This document shows, piece by piece, positions 1-9,290 of a DNA stretch of 37,806 nt. Every line of letters begins with the position of its first letter. Position 1 is the first letter of the stretch. The DNA lies in contig JAFAUY010000327.1 in NCBI GenBank assembly GCA_019243005.1, positions 1 through 37,806 of the forward strand. Reading direction: 5' to 3'. The translations under genes were made by a program, and so were the position numbers. Origin of the DNA: Verrucomicrobiota bacterium (GTDB lineage Bacteria; Verrucomicrobiota; Verrucomicrobiia; Chthoniobacterales; JAFAMB01). The notes under the pieces are model-generated. The model saw only the letters and a program-made list of their open reading frames with translations, was not told the origin of the DNA and did not search any database.

Positions 1-25
1 GTGGCATTTGTGGCATTGTAACGGT

Positions 26-1405
26 ATGAACAGCGCGCTGATGGCCGGGTTGCGCCGGTCGCTTCCCCCGGATCAGCTCATTTCTGAGCCTGAGGACCTG
101 TACACCTACAGCTACGACGGGACGCCGATTTTGAAGACGCTGCCTGAAGGCGTCGTTTTTGCAACGACGGTCGAAGAGGTTGCGTCCGTGCTTAAACTGG
201 CCACGGAATACCGGACCCCGATCGTCACGCGCGGCTCGGGAACCGGCCTGAGCGGGGGCAGCATCCCCGTTCCGGGCAGCGTTGTGTTGTGTCTGAGCCG
301 GATGAACCGCATCCTTGAGCTGGATGCCGATAACCTGACGCTGCTGGTCGAACCGGGCGTGATTAATCAAGAGGCCGGGATGCGGGCCGAGAGCGTCGGC
401 CTGTTTTACCCGCCCGACCCCGGCTCGATGAAGGTCTCAACAATCGGCGGCAACGTCTCCGAGAACTCGGGCGGCCTGCGTGGCCTCAAATACGGGGTCA
501 CGCGGGATTACGTGATGGGTCTGGAAGTGGTGTTACCGACCGGCGAGGTTTTTTTCACCGGCAACAAATGCGTGAAGGACGTCGCCGGCTATTCTTTGAA
601 AGACGTTTTCATTGGGTCGGAAGGCACGCTCGGGGTCATCACGAAGATTTTGCTGAAACTTATCCCCAAACCGGCTGCGCGAAAAACGCTGCTGGCCGTG
701 TACGACCGGATGGATGAAGCCGCCGCGACCGTCTCGGCGATCATCGCGGCGCGAATCATCCCGTGCACGATGGAGTTTCTGGACCGGACGACGATTCGCT
801 GCATCGAGGACTTCGCGCACGTGGGGCTGCCGACCGATGCGGAAGCCATCCTGCTGCTGGAATCGGACGGGCACCCGGCGGCCGTGGAGGACGAGGCCCG
901 GCAAATGGAGGCGATCGCGCGGGCTAAGGGCGCACGCTCGGTAGCGCTGGCGAAGGATGCCGACGAGGCTACCCGGCTCATGACTGCCCGCCGGATGGCG
1001 ATCCCGGCAATGGCGCGGGTTGCTCCGACGACCATTCTTGAAGATGCGACCGTACCCAGGTCAAAGCTGGCTGAAATGGTGCGCTTCGTGCAACGCACCG
1101 CGGAGAAGTATCGCCTGACGGTCGGAACCTTCGGCCATTTCGGCGACGGCAATCTCCACCCCACTTTTCTGGCGAACGAACGTGATCCCGATGAAATTCA
1201 CCGGGTCCACGAGGCGGTTCGCGAGATCTTCGCCTATGCGGTGGAACTCGGCGGCACGATCAGCGGCGAACACGGTATCGGGCTGACCAAGAAAACGTTC
1301 CTGCCCGGCGCGATCGGCGAACTTAATGTCCGGATCTTAAAAAGCTTAAAGCACGCATTCGATCCGCAGGGCGTTCTTAACCCCGGTAAAATCTTCCTCG
1401 ACTGA
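26..1405 (+). CDS. glcD: FAD-linked oxidase, GlcD-like subunit (glycolate oxidase / D-lactate dehydrogenase family)
   Basis: ORF 8..1405. The N-terminal half is FAD-binding PCMH type (PIVTRGSGTGLSGGSIP, GGNVSENSGGLRGLKYG). The C-terminal half is FAD-oxidase type, ending HGIGLTKK...DPQGVLNPGKIF. ATG at 26 preferred over TTG at 8. Confidence 0.85.
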   Translation: MNSALMAGLRRSLPPDQLISEPEDLYTYSYDGTPILKTLPEGVVFATTVEEVASVLKLATEYRTPIVTRGSGTGLSGGSIPVPGSVVLCLSRMNRILELDADNLTLLVEPGVINQEAGMRAESVGLFYPPDPGSMKVSTIGGNVSENSGGLRGLKYGVTRDYVMGLEVVLPTGEVFFTGNKCVKDVAGYSLKDVFIGSEGTLGVITKILLKLIPKPAARKTLLAVYDRMDEAAATVSAIIAARIIPCTMEFLDRTTIRCIEDFAHVGLPTDAEAILLLESDGHPAAVEDEARQMEAIARAKGARSVALAKDADEATRLMTARRMAIPAMARVAPTTILEDATVPRSKLAEMVRFVQRTAEKYRLTVGTFGHFGDGNLHPTFLANERDPDEIHRVHEAVREIFAYAVELGGTISGEHGIGLTKKTFLPGAIGELNVRILKSLKHAFDPQGVLNPGKIFLD

Positions 1406-1468
1406 TCCGGCGAAGATCACCGCGCCGGGCGGGACCCCTGCCCTAACGTCTTTCCCGCTGAACCCGAT

Positions 1469-2848
1469 ATGCAACCCGCCGCCCCTCTCCTTCTGCACAA
1501 GCACGATTCTCTGAAAACGCTGGATTACTCGGTCCTGCAGCAATGCATGCACTGCGGGTTCTGCCTGCCCACTTGCCCGACGTACGTCGTGACCCGACTT
1601 GAGCGCAACAGCCCGCGCGGACGGATCGCGCTCATGCGCGGGATTGCCGACGGGGCGCTTCCTGTATCCACAGCCTTTGGTAAGGAGCTGTATTTTTGTC
1701 TGGGCTGCCTGGCTTGCATGAGCGCCTGCCCGGCCGGGGTTGATTACGCCCAGCTTTTCGAGGCCGCCCGGGCCGACATCGAACGAACCGGGGTCCTGCG
1801 GCGGCCCGGGCGCGATTGGGCGCGGCGGCTGCTCCTGGGCGAACTTTTCACCCGCCCGCGAGTGCTGCGCCTGGCCGGTCGCGCGCTTTGGGCTTACCAG
1901 GTTTTGGGGCTGCAGGGTATAATGCGCGGGCTGTTGCAACTTACGCACCTTGTGCCGGAGTCGTGGCGCAAACTCGAACTGCAAACGCCCAAGGTGCAGA
2001 CCTGGTTCTCGCACGAACTCATTCCGCCGGTCGTGAAACCTCCGAGCCGTCCGCGCTTTCGAGTCGGCCTCTTAACCGGCTGCGTGCAGGACCTGGTTTT
2101 TTCAAACGTCAACCGTGACACGGCGGAAGTGCTGGTCGCGAATGGCTGCGAAGTCTGGACTCCGCCCGTGCAATTCTGCTGCGGTTCGCTGCACGCTCAC
2201 AACGGTGAGCCCGAGTGGGCCCGGAAAGTCGCGCGCCGCAACCTGGACTTGTTCCCCGTGGCTGAACTCGACGCGATCATCACGAACGCCGCCGGGTGCG
2301 GGTCCCACCTGAAGGCGTACGGCCGGTTGCTCGAGGGCGATCCGGCCTACGCGGAGCGCGCTGAACTCTGGTCCCGCAAAATCAAGGATGTCTGCGAGTG
2401 GCTGGTGGCGATCGGGTTTCGCCCACCGGCCCCGGCCCCGAGCGCCTCCCGGGTGCAAGGGTGCCGCGATCGCGTCACCTACCACGAAGCCTGTCACCTC
2501 TGCCACGGGCAAAAGATCAGCCGCGAGCCCCGGGAAATCCTCCGGGCGCTGCCGAACCTCGAGCTGGTCGAACTGCCCGAAGCCACCTGGTGCTGTGGTT
2601 CAGCCGGGATCTACAACCTCACGCAACCCGAGATGTCCAGGCGCTTACAGGAGCGAAAAATAGAGCAGGTACTCAAAACCAAGGCTTCGATCGTCGCCGC
2701 TGGTAATCCCGGCTGCCACCTGCAATTGGTGAACGGGTTGGCCGCACGCGGGATCACGTCGATTAGGGTAGAGCACCCCGTAACCCTCCTAGCGGCGGCG
2801 TACCGGGCCGAATCCGCCGGCCCGGCTGCCTCGCCGCCAAAGCAGTAA
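1469..2848 (+). CDS. glcF: (Fe-S)-binding protein, GlcF-like subunit with two CCG domains
   Basis: Two ferredoxin-type motifs (CMHCGFCLPTCP and CLGCLACMSACP) are followed by cysteine-rich CCG-type segments (FCCGS, WCCGSAG, GNPGC). Starts 63 nt after the glcD stop on the same strand. Confidence 0.85.
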   Translation: MQPAAPLLLHKHDSLKTLDYSVLQQCMHCGFCLPTCPTYVVTRLERNSPRGRIALMRGIADGALPVSTAFGKELYFCLGCLACMSACPAGVDYAQLFEAARADIERTGVLRRPGRDWARRLLLGELFTRPRVLRLAGRALWAYQVLGLQGIMRGLLQLTHLVPESWRKLELQTPKVQTWFSHELIPPVVKPPSRPRFRVGLLTGCVQDLVFSNVNRDTAEVLVANGCEVWTPPVQFCCGSLHAHNGEPEWARKVARRNLDLFPVAELDAIITNAAGCGSHLKAYGRLLEGDPAYAERAELWSRKIKDVCEWLVAIGFRPPAPAPSASRVQGCRDRVTYHEACHLCHGQKISREPREILRALPNLELVELPEATWCCGSAGIYNLTQPEMSRRLQERKIEQVLKTKASIVAAGNPGCHLQLVNGLAARGITSIRVEHPVTLLAAAYRAESAGPAASPPKQ

Positions 2849-2881
2849 CCGGCAGGGGCGGATCAAGGCCTCCCCTGCCGG
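2849..2881. terminator. Perfect 10-bp stem hairpin between convergent genes (possible factor-independent terminator without a U-tract)
   Basis: CCGGCAGGGG (2849-2858), a 13-nt loop, then CCCCTGCCGG (2872-2881), starting immediately after the glcF TAA. No T-run follows on either strand. Confidence 0.4.
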
Positions 2882-2913
2882 TACGCCGTGTCCCCAACCG
2901 GAAAGCGTGCCGC

Positions 2914-3074
2914 TCAATCTTCTCGTTCGACCGTCACCTTCCATTTTTTGCCGGTCAGCGTGTCGAGGTAGACTTCCTTGTCGCCCTTTTTCTCGATCAA
3001 GCGATCGCACGAACCTGACCGGAGAGACCCAGCGCTGAGAAGGCCGCGATGGCTACGAATAAATTGGCTTTCAT
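2914..3074 (-). pseudogene. Small secreted or lipoprotein-like gene split over two reading frames
   Basis: ATG at 3074 opens MKANLFVAIAAFSALGLSGQVRAIA*, a typical signal peptide with its stop at 2997. The neighbouring frame (ORF 2914..3099) carries ...SGSCDRLIEKKGDKEVYLDTLTGKKWKVTVERED. A 1-nt shift near 3005-3020 would join the signal peptide to the mature part. Confidence 0.3.
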
Positions 3075-3203
3075 AGACGTCTCGTGATGGACGGAGCAAA
3101 AGCGAAATTATTCGAGTCGCGGGGGGTGCTTACTGCCGGCTGCTTCAGGCCGGTTCCTGACCCGCAGGCCCGGTCAGGTTCGCGAAATTCCGTCACGAAC
3201 GTG

Positions 3204-5093
3204 ATGCGCAATTTACCGATCGGTGCGGAGGTCCAGCGGGGCGGCGTTCATTTCCGGATTTGGGCGCCAGCCTCCAAAGCCGTCAAGGTGCGGGTTGGCA
3301 AGGAGCCTGGCCTGGGCAAAGGCGCGGTGGAAGAGGAGCTGCGGCCTGAGGGAACCGGTTACTTTTCCGGGGTGGTTGAGGAAACGGAGGCCGGGGATTT
3401 TTATCACTACGTGCTCGACTCGGGCAGCTTCCCCGATCCGGCGTCCCGGTTTCAGCCGGCCGGCCCGCACGAGGCATCGCAGGTGATCGATCCCCGCGCG
3501 TATGCGTGGAAGGACGACGGGTGGGCGGGCGCCGGCGACGGGCCGCACGTGATTTACGAAATGCACGTCGGCACTTTTACCGAGGCCGGTACCTGGGCCG
3601 CCGCGGCAGAACTGCTGCCGGGATTGGCGGAACTCGGGATCACGATTCTCGAGATCATGCCGATCGCAGATTTCCCGGGCCGCTTCGGCTGGGGCTACGA
3701 CGGGGTGAGTTTATTCGCACCCACCCGTCTGTACGGATCGCCGGACGATGTCCGCGCGTTCGTGGATCGAGCGCATGCCCAGGGTCTGGCCGTCATCCTC
3801 GACGTGGTCTATAACCATCTCGGCCCGGACGGAAATTACCTTACAAAGTTCAGCCAGGATTATTTCACAGACCGGTACCAGACTGAGTGGGGTGAACCGT
3901 TCAACTTCGACGGGCCGAATTCCAAGCCGGTTCGCGAATATTTCCTGGCGAACGTGGCTTACTGGATCCGGGAATTTCACTTTGACGGTTTCCGTTTCGA
4001 CGCGACCCAGCAGATTTTTGACGCCTCGCCCAAGCACATCCTCGTCGAATTAAGCCAAGCGGCGCGCGAATCCGCCGGGCCACGGAAGGTTTACCTGGTG
4101 GCGGAAAATGAACCGCAAGACGTCCGGATCATCCGGAGCCAAGCCCAGGGCGGTTATGCACTGGACGCAATCTGGAACGACGATTTCCATCATTCCGCGA
4201 TCGTGGCGTTAACGGGCAAACGGGAAGCCTACTACACCGATTACCAGGGTCTGGCGCAGGAGTTTGTCTCCGCAGTCAGGTTCGGTTTTCTGTACCAGGG
4301 CCAGTACTATCACTGGCAGCAGAAGGCCCGTGGAACGCCGTCCCTTGGCGTACCCCCGCAGATGTTCGTGAACTTTTTACAAAATCACGACCAGGTGGCA
4401 AATTCCCTGGGCGGCCACCGGATCCACACGCTCGCGGCGCCGGGTGCGGTCCGCACGGCGACGGCGTTGCTCCTGCTTGGGCCATGGACGCCGATGCTCT
4501 TTCAGGGTCAGGAGTTCGCCGCTTCCACGCCCTTTTTGTACTTCGCCGACCACGTTGACTGGCTGGCCGAGAAAGTCGCTGCGGGCCGGACGGAGTTTCT
4601 CAAGCAATTCCCCAGCCTTTCCTCGCCGGAAATCGCCGGGCGCCTGCCATCTCCCGAAGCGCAAGACACGTTCAAGAGTTGCCGGCTACGCAACGGCGAA
4701 CGCCTGGAAGGTATTCACGGCCAGGTTTTTGAGCTGCACCGCGACCTGATCCAGCTCAAAAAGAATGACCCGGTTCTGGCCGGGTCAGCCCGGCGCGGAT
4801 TGGACGCCCAAACCCTCAGCCAGCGGGCCTTCCTGGTGCGCTATTTTGGAGAAATCCCGGGTGACGACCGGCTGCTTATTTGCAATCTCGACCATGATGT
4901 CGAGGTGCGCCCGGCGCCGTTCCCTTTGCTGGCGCCGCCGCCCGATCGAGGCTGGAAAGTACTCTGGACGAGCGAGCACCCGACCTACGGAGGTCAAGGC
5001 CTGCCATTGTTCCAGACCGCCGGTCCGGTGACCTTGCCCGGGTTGTCAGCCATTTTACTCGGCAGCGAAACCCCCCAGCCCTGCGCCGGTTAA
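3204..5093 (+). CDS. treZ: Malto-oligosyltrehalose trehalohydrolase (GH13)
   Basis: ORF 3084..5093. The N-terminus is typical of TreZ from MRNLPIGAEVQRGGVHFRIWAP (ATG 3204). GH13 motifs are present: YEMHVGTFT, VILDVVYNH, DGFRFDA, LVAENE, WNDDFHH, QNHDQVANS. Confidence 0.85.
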   Translation: MRNLPIGAEVQRGGVHFRIWAPASKAVKVRVGKEPGLGKGAVEEELRPEGTGYFSGVVEETEAGDFYHYVLDSGSFPDPASRFQPAGPHEASQVIDPRAYAWKDDGWAGAGDGPHVIYEMHVGTFTEAGTWAAAAELLPGLAELGITILEIMPIADFPGRFGWGYDGVSLFAPTRLYGSPDDVRAFVDRAHAQGLAVILDVVYNHLGPDGNYLTKFSQDYFTDRYQTEWGEPFNFDGPNSKPVREYFLANVAYWIREFHFDGFRFDATQQIFDASPKHILVELSQAARESAGPRKVYLVAENEPQDVRIIRSQAQGGYALDAIWNDDFHHSAIVALTGKREAYYTDYQGLAQEFVSAVRFGFLYQGQYYHWQQKARGTPSLGVPPQMFVNFLQNHDQVANSLGGHRIHTLAAPGAVRTATALLLLGPWTPMLFQGQEFAASTPFLYFADHVDWLAEKVAAGRTEFLKQFPSLSSPEIAGRLPSPEAQDTFKSCRLRNGERLEGIHGQVFELHRDLIQLKKNDPVLAGSARRGLDAQTLSQRAFLVRYFGEIPGDDRLLICNLDHDVEVRPAPFPLLAPPPDRGWKVLWTSEHPTYGGQGLPLFQTAGPVTLPGLSAILLGSETPQPCAG

Positions 5094-5222
5094 CGGAATT
5101 GGCTGGAACCCCAGACTCCGGCCGCGGGGAGTACCAATCGGCCCGTACAGCCGCGTTGACTCGCACTCGCGAATTCGAGGTGACGCCCATGGCATCTCAA
5201 CGCCGGTGCCGCCATTCAGGTT

Positions 5223-5438
5223 ATGAGTGACCCAGACAAGAATGAATCCGGAAAAAAGACAGTCGGCGACAGGTTGCGGGAAGCCTTGTCAATGGTACCC
5301 CCTGCTTATCCGACGCAGGATGAGCCGAAGCACGAAGAAAAAGAGCAGATGACCGAGCCCGCCGACGAGTTCAGGGACCTTGAGCCGAATAAGGCAAGGA
5401 CCACAACCCCGGAGCCGGACGTCGGGCCACGCACATAA
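5223..5438 (+). CDS. Hypothetical small acidic, probably disordered protein
   Basis: This is the only ORF in the roughly 400-nt gap between convergent treZ and the aldo-keto reductase. It is rich in K, E, D and P. I saw no recognisable motif and no clear SD. Confidence 0.25.
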   Translation: MSDPDKNESGKKTVGDRLREALSMVPPAYPTQDEPKHEEKEQMTEPADEFRDLEPNKARTTTPEPDVGPRT

Positions 5439-5496
5439 CGGTGACGTGATCGGGGGTTATGACGCCGGAGCTGGAACGGCGCGTCGCCGGAACCGT

Positions 5497-6525
5497 TCAG
5501 GCGACGGAGGCCGGTTCCATGGTCCCTTTAAATCTGGCGGGCGCTTCACTAACCCCGAAGTTGATCGCGTGAAGGGCCGCGATGCGCTCCATCTCGTCGT
5601 CGGTTAACGGCGGGCAATCGGGTGCGGCTGCAAATTCCGCGAGCTGCTGGGCGTTGTAAATGTTCGGCAGGGTCGACGCCACCCGGTCGTCTGTCAGCAG
5701 CCACTGGAGAGCCGCCTGGCCGAGGGTCCGGCCGTCGCGCTCGAGGAAACGCAGCTGTTCTACCTTTTTGACGCCGTCAAGCAGCCAGCTTCGCGGGCGA
5801 TGGTTACGATGATCGTTCGGGGGAAAAACGGTTTCCGGCGTGTAATGGCCTTCCAGCAGGCCCGAAGAATGGGTAACCCGGATCAGGAACATCGTGTCCC
5901 AACCGGCTTCACGAGCAGCCGCCTGGATGGACGCGCCCGGATGTTGTTCGAGCAGATTGTAAATGTGCTGGACGCTCGCCGGGTTACGCCGCTTGATGCA
6001 GTTGACTCCTTCATAAAGCCAGCCGATGGCAGGGCCAAGCGCGATGCCGTATGCGCGAATCCGGCCGCTCTGTTTAAGGCGCTCCAAGGTCTCCCACACC
6101 GCATCGTCGTGTACCTGTTCCATCCGGATGTTATGGAGCTGCAAAAGATCAATCCGATCTGTGGCGAGTCGCCGCAGGGCGGCTTCCGTCGCGCGCTCGA
6201 TGGCGGCCGGCGAAAAATCCTGCGGGATTTCGCGCTGGCCCCGCCGTTCGCCGCCGTGGTGAACGAAATCATAACCAACCTTCGTCGCGATCACCACCTG
6301 GTCACGCCGGTCGCCAAATGCTTTCGCCAGGAGCTCTTCGCTGTACCCGTTGCCGTAAGTGTCGGCGGCATCGTACAGGGTAACGCCTGCGTCGAATGCC
6401 TTGTGCAACAGCGACAGCGCTTCAGCCTCAGTAAATTGCCCCCACCAACCGGTCGAAATGGTCCAGAGCCCAAAACCGACTTCGCTGACTTCGAGATCCG
6501 TGTTGCGGTAACGACGATATTTCAT
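5497..6525 (-). CDS. Aldo/keto reductase family oxidoreductase
   Basis: ORF 5497..6555. AKR pattern from MKYRRYRNTDLEVSEVGFGLWT (ATG 6525), then DAADTYGNGYSEELL and IDLLQLH. Confidence 0.85.
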   Translation of the reverse strand: MKYRRYRNTDLEVSEVGFGLWTISTGWWGQFTEAEALSLLHKAFDAGVTLYDAADTYGNGYSEELLAKAFGDRRDQVVIATKVGYDFVHHGGERRGQREIPQDFSPAAIERATEAALRRLATDRIDLLQLHNIRMEQVHDDAVWETLERLKQSGRIRAYGIALGPAIGWLYEGVNCIKRRNPASVQHIYNLLEQHPGASIQAAAREAGWDTMFLIRVTHSSGLLEGHYTPETVFPPNDHRNHRPRSWLLDGVKKVEQLRFLERDGRTLGQAALQWLLTDDRVASTLPNIYNAQQLAEFAAAPDCPPLTDDEMERIAALHAINFGVSEAPARFKGTMEPASVA

Positions 6526-6740
6526 GCCTGAGGTTCCATTATGGGCTGGTTGCATTCCGGCCGCAACTGCTCACACCGCGGCCACGGCGGAGATCATCAC
6601 GCGGCGCCCGGCATTTGCCTCAATATTTATGGCTTCTACGGGTGCCGTTGCGAATTCCTGCTTGCGCAGGCCCATTCCTAAGCTGATTTATCGAAGCTCC
6701 GCGCCTCGGGGAATGAAAGCCGGCGCGGGGCGCTGAAGTT

Positions 6741-9290
6741 ATGCAACCGGTTAAAATGTACAATGTTTCACCGCGCCTCCCGGAAGTTTTGGAGCCGCTG
6801 CGTGAACTCGCCCACAATCTGTGGTGGACCTGGGAACCTGAAGCCCGAAGACTCTTCCGCCACCTGGATACGGAGCTCTGGGAGGCGACCAACCATAACC
6901 CTATCCGCATGCTGCAGTTGTCCCGGCAGGCGCGTCTGCTCGAACTGGCGACCGACGATGACTACATCCGGGAGATGCGGCGGATCTACGCAAAGCTCAA
7001 CGCGTACATGAAACGGGCCGATACGTACGGCAAACTCCGGCCGACGGCGCCGCGCATCGCGTATTTCTCAGCTGAATTCGGATTTCACGAATCGGTTCCC
7101 AATTATTCGGGTGGCCTCGGGATTCTGTCGGGTGACCATTGCAAATCGGCGAGCGACCTCGATCTCGACTTCGTCGCGGTAACGCTGCTTTACCGGCACG
7201 GCTACTTCAAGCAGCAGATCAACAAGGACGGCTGGCAGGAGGCCGTCAGTCTCAACCAGAACTTTCATCACCTGCCGCTGCGCGAGTGTAAGCTCGGCGA
7301 CCACCAATTGCACGTGGCGGTCGACATCCTGGGCCGGACGGTCAACGCAAAAGTTTGGGAGCTGCAGATCGGGCGAATCAAACTTTACCTGCTCGACACC
7401 GATCTTCCGCAGAATTCGCCCGAGGATCGTCTCATCACCGAGCAACTCTACGGGGGCGACCTGGAAATGCGCATCCGCCAGGAGATTGTGCTGGGCATCG
7501 GTGGCGTCCGGGTGCTCGATGCGCTCGGCATCGCACCGGAAGTTTACCACATGAACGAAGGGCACTCCGCCTTTCTGTCGCTCGAGCGGATCCGCCAGTA
7601 CGTACAAGACCGGGGTCTGGCTTATTATCCCGCGCTCCAGGTGGTGGCATCATCCAACGTTTTCACGACTCACACGCCGGTGCCCGCGGGCAATGATGCC
7701 TTCCCGCGCGACATGATGCAGCGCTACTTCCAACGGTACGCCCACGAATTTCGAATCAGCTTTGACGACTTTTTCCGCGTCGGGCAGCCGTCGATCAATG
7801 CCCAGGACACGTTCTCCATGACCATTCTGGCGCTCCGGATCAGCCGGCACGCCAACGGCGTAAGCAAACTGCATGGCGAGGTGAGCAAGACCTTGTGGCG
7901 GGACGTCTGGCCGGGCATTCCGTTGCAGGAAGTGCCGATCACCAGCATCACCAACGGCGTGCACACCAAGACCTGGACGGCCGGAGAAGTCCAGCGCATC
8001 TACGACCGTTACCTGGGACCGGACTGGGACGAACACCTCACCGACCCGGAGTACTGGCGCCGCGTCATCGATATTCCCGACGAGGTATTGTGGGAAACGC
8101 ACCAGGGGCTCAAACAGCGGCTGATCGAATTCGTGCGCAAACGGCTTCGAATACAGCGCGCGCGTCATGGTGAGTCGCCGGAGCAGTTGCGCCGGATCAA
8201 CAGCATCCTCAACCCCGAAGTCCTGACGATCGGGTTCGCCAGGCGTTTTGCCACCTACAAGCGCGGCAACCTGCTTTTCACGAACAAGGAACGCCTGCTT
8301 CGACTCGTCCAGAACGAAGAGCGGCCCGTGCAATTTGTTTTTGCCGGCAAGGCGCACCCGAAAGATGAGCCGGGTAAACGGTTCATCCAGGAGGTTTACC
8401 AGGCGTCGCGGGAGGCCGGCCTGGAGCATGCGGTGGTCTTCGTCGAAGATTACGACACCTACATCGGGCGCCGCCTCTACCAAGGCGTCGACCTCTGGCT
8501 CAACAACCCGTTGCGTCCCCTTGAGGCCAGCGGCACCAGCGGCATGAAGTTGCCTCCCAACGGGGGCCTGAACTTCAGCGTTCTGGACGGCTGGTGGTGC
8601 GAAGGCTACAACGGGAAGAACGGTTGGCCGATCGGGCCGGAAATCACCGGCGGTCCCGACGATTTCCAGACCGCGGTTGACGTGGACAGCCTCTTCAACA
8701 TCCTGGAAAACCAGATTATCCCTCTCTATTACGCCAAACCTGACGGGCGGCTGCCGATCGCCTGGATTCAACTGATGCGTGAGTCGATCCGCAGCGTGAC
8801 GCCGGTGTTCAACACGCACCGGATGGTTACCGAGTACAATGAACGGCTCTACGAACCGGCGGCGGCGGCGTTCAAGGCCCTGAGCGCAGGCAAGTGCCGG
8901 GCCGCCGTGGAACTGGCCGACTGGAAGCATGCCACGCGGGTCGACTGGTCCAAGATCCGCATCGAATCAGTCGACACCAGCGAGAACGGCACCGCGATGA
9001 TGGTGGGAGACAGCCTGAAGGTGAACGCGCGCGTCTACCTCGGACCGGTCAGCCCGGCCCACGTCCGGGTCCAGGCGTACATCGGGGAAGCCGATCACGG
9101 CGTTCTGCGTAACCCCTTCACGGTGGACCTGAGCGAGGTGGAGAAGGTCGACGGCGACGGCGTGTATTGCTTCCGGGGCGCCATTTCGGCTTCTGAAAGC
9201 GGCAGCTACGGGCTTAACGTTCGCGTGGTCCCAACCCACCCGCACCTTAACCAGGAACATGAGATGCGCCTGGTAACCTGGGCTTCTTGA
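6741..9290 (+). CDS. glgP: Alpha-glucan phosphorylase (GT35, maltodextrin/glycogen phosphorylase family with DUF3417-type N-terminus)
   Basis: 849 aa. The N-terminus LPEVLEPLRELAHNLWWTWEPEAR is typical of the alpha-glucan phosphorylase family. The PLP-lysine motif EASGTSGMKLPPNGG is present. An alternative ATG lies at 6756. Confidence 0.9.
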   Translation: MQPVKMYNVSPRLPEVLEPLRELAHNLWWTWEPEARRLFRHLDTELWEATNHNPIRMLQLSRQARLLELATDDDYIREMRRIYAKLNAYMKRADTYGKLRPTAPRIAYFSAEFGFHESVPNYSGGLGILSGDHCKSASDLDLDFVAVTLLYRHGYFKQQINKDGWQEAVSLNQNFHHLPLRECKLGDHQLHVAVDILGRTVNAKVWELQIGRIKLYLLDTDLPQNSPEDRLITEQLYGGDLEMRIRQEIVLGIGGVRVLDALGIAPEVYHMNEGHSAFLSLERIRQYVQDRGLAYYPALQVVASSNVFTTHTPVPAGNDAFPRDMMQRYFQRYAHEFRISFDDFFRVGQPSINAQDTFSMTILALRISRHANGVSKLHGEVSKTLWRDVWPGIPLQEVPITSITNGVHTKTWTAGEVQRIYDRYLGPDWDEHLTDPEYWRRVIDIPDEVLWETHQGLKQRLIEFVRKRLRIQRARHGESPEQLRRINSILNPEVLTIGFARRFATYKRGNLLFTNKERLLRLVQNEERPVQFVFAGKAHPKDEPGKRFIQEVYQASREAGLEHAVVFVEDYDTYIGRRLYQGVDLWLNNPLRPLEASGTSGMKLPPNGGLNFSVLDGWWCEGYNGKNGWPIGPEITGGPDDFQTAVDVDSLFNILENQIIPLYYAKPDGRLPIAWIQLMRESIRSVTPVFNTHRMVTEYNERLYEPAAAAFKALSAGKCRAAVELADWKHATRVDWSKIRIESVDTSENGTAMMVGDSLKVNARVYLGPVSPAHVRVQAYIGEADHGVLRNPFTVDLSEVEKVDGDGVYCFRGAISASESGSYGLNVRVVPTHPHLNQEHEMRLVTWAS

